Assembly (NCBI GenBank): GCA_021778515.1
Contig: JAJYCJ010000001.1
Location: forward strand, 4,396 to 68,395
Length of the DNA stretch: 64,000 nt
Direction: 5' to 3'
Source: Acidobacteriota bacterium
GTDB taxonomy: Bacteria; Acidobacteriota; UBA4820; DSQY01
The notes under the pieces are model-generated. The model was not told the DNA's origin and searched no databases. It saw only the letters and a list, made by a program, of their open reading frames with translations. The position numbers were made by a program, and so were the translations under genes. Below, piece after piece: positions 63,603 through 64,000 of the stretch. Each line of letters opens with the position of its first letter. The first letter of the stretch is position 1.

Positions 63603-64000
63603 CTACGGCCACTGCCAGATGACGGTGAGCTCGCTGCCGTCCGGGTTTACGAAGCGGAATTGCGTGGGCACGTTCATGGGGACCACCGTCTGGAGCGAGT
63701 TTCCGCCGTTGAGGATCAGCTTGTAGGTGTTCTTCCAGGTGATGTTCCCCCACTGCATACCGTTGATGTACACCTGCACGCCGTACTGCAAATTGGTGCC
63801 GTGCACCACGATGCGGAAGGGGCTTCCCATCTTCTTGATCCAGGCGAGGGTGATGGGCTTGACGCCGATGGCGATGCTGCCGCTGCGCGTGCAGGTCAGG
63901 CCGGCCGCCGACACCGTCATGGTCCAGGTGTAGGTTCCGGCCTTGGCGTAGACGTGGGTCGGGTACTGGCTGGTTGAGGTGGACCCGTCTCCAAAGGCCC
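63603..64000 (-). CDS. PKD-domain-containing secreted protein, C-terminal part (5' end beyond window)
   Basis: Reading frame open to the window edge; AGTYTWTMTVSAAGLTCT matches the PKD-domain core; stop at 63603. Confidence 0.55.
   Translation of the reverse strand, partial: AFGDGSTSTSQYPTHVYAKAGTYTWTMTVSAAGLTCTRSGSIAIGVKPITLAWIKKMGSPFRIVVHGTNLQYGVQVYINGMQWGNITWKNTYKLILNGGNSLQTVVPMNVPTQFRFVNPDGSELTVIWQWP

Noticed and set aside
1-64000. CRISPR arrays, IS elements or transposases, integrases, rRNA or tRNA genes
   Set aside because: No regularly spaced direct repeats, no transposase- or integrase-like ORFs, and no rRNA or tRNA signatures were found on either strand.

Overview
This is a high-GC (about 70%) bacterial chromosomal segment, densely coding on both strands, with strong GGAGG-type ribosome-binding sites. 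Many adjacent genes overlap by 4 or 8 nt, suggesting translational coupling. The gene content resembles Acidobacteriota or Myxococcota, but I cannot assign an organism from sequence alone. About 54 protein-coding genes are supportable. I found no rRNA, tRNA, CRISPR array or transposase.

Main blocks, in order:
- two FtsX-type ABC permeases, an S9 peptidase, SlyD and a PhzF-family protein
- a GapN-like aldehyde dehydrogenase, a PAS-GGDEF-EAL protein and an M16 peptidase
- a metallophosphoesterase with a coupled small ORF
- a split or frameshifted hypothetical gene overlapping a eukaryote-type fumarylacetoacetase
- DUF1015-serA-serC
- a proline dehydrogenase, Xaa-Pro aminopeptidase, FKBP lipoprotein and CBS-domain protein
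- RtcB, then an Rrf2-cydA-cydB operon
- recO-glyQ-glyS preceded by two GT4 glycosyltransferases and an O-antigen ligase
- TonB
- a large respiratory supercluster: Alternative Complex III (actA, a small ORF, actB, actC, a fused actD-actE, actF), a membrane-anchored cytochrome c, SCO1, a caa3-type cytochrome c oxidase in the order I-III-IV-II, and heme O synthase
- asnS, a vWA-TM-zinc-ribbon-FHA signalling protein and PepD
- a lipoprotein, an FAD oxidoreductase, and a zinc-ribbon/GYF/polytopic membrane protein
- glnA and a partial PKD-domain protein at the window end

The most interesting unexplained items are the ACIII locus (the ActD-ActE fusion and an unannotated small ORF between actA and actB), two multi-domain transmembrane signalling proteins, the frameshifted gene pair coupled to fahA, and a candidate small RNA or attenuator upstream of the Xaa-Pro aminopeptidase gene. 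That element has a sigma-70-like promoter and an intrinsic terminator.
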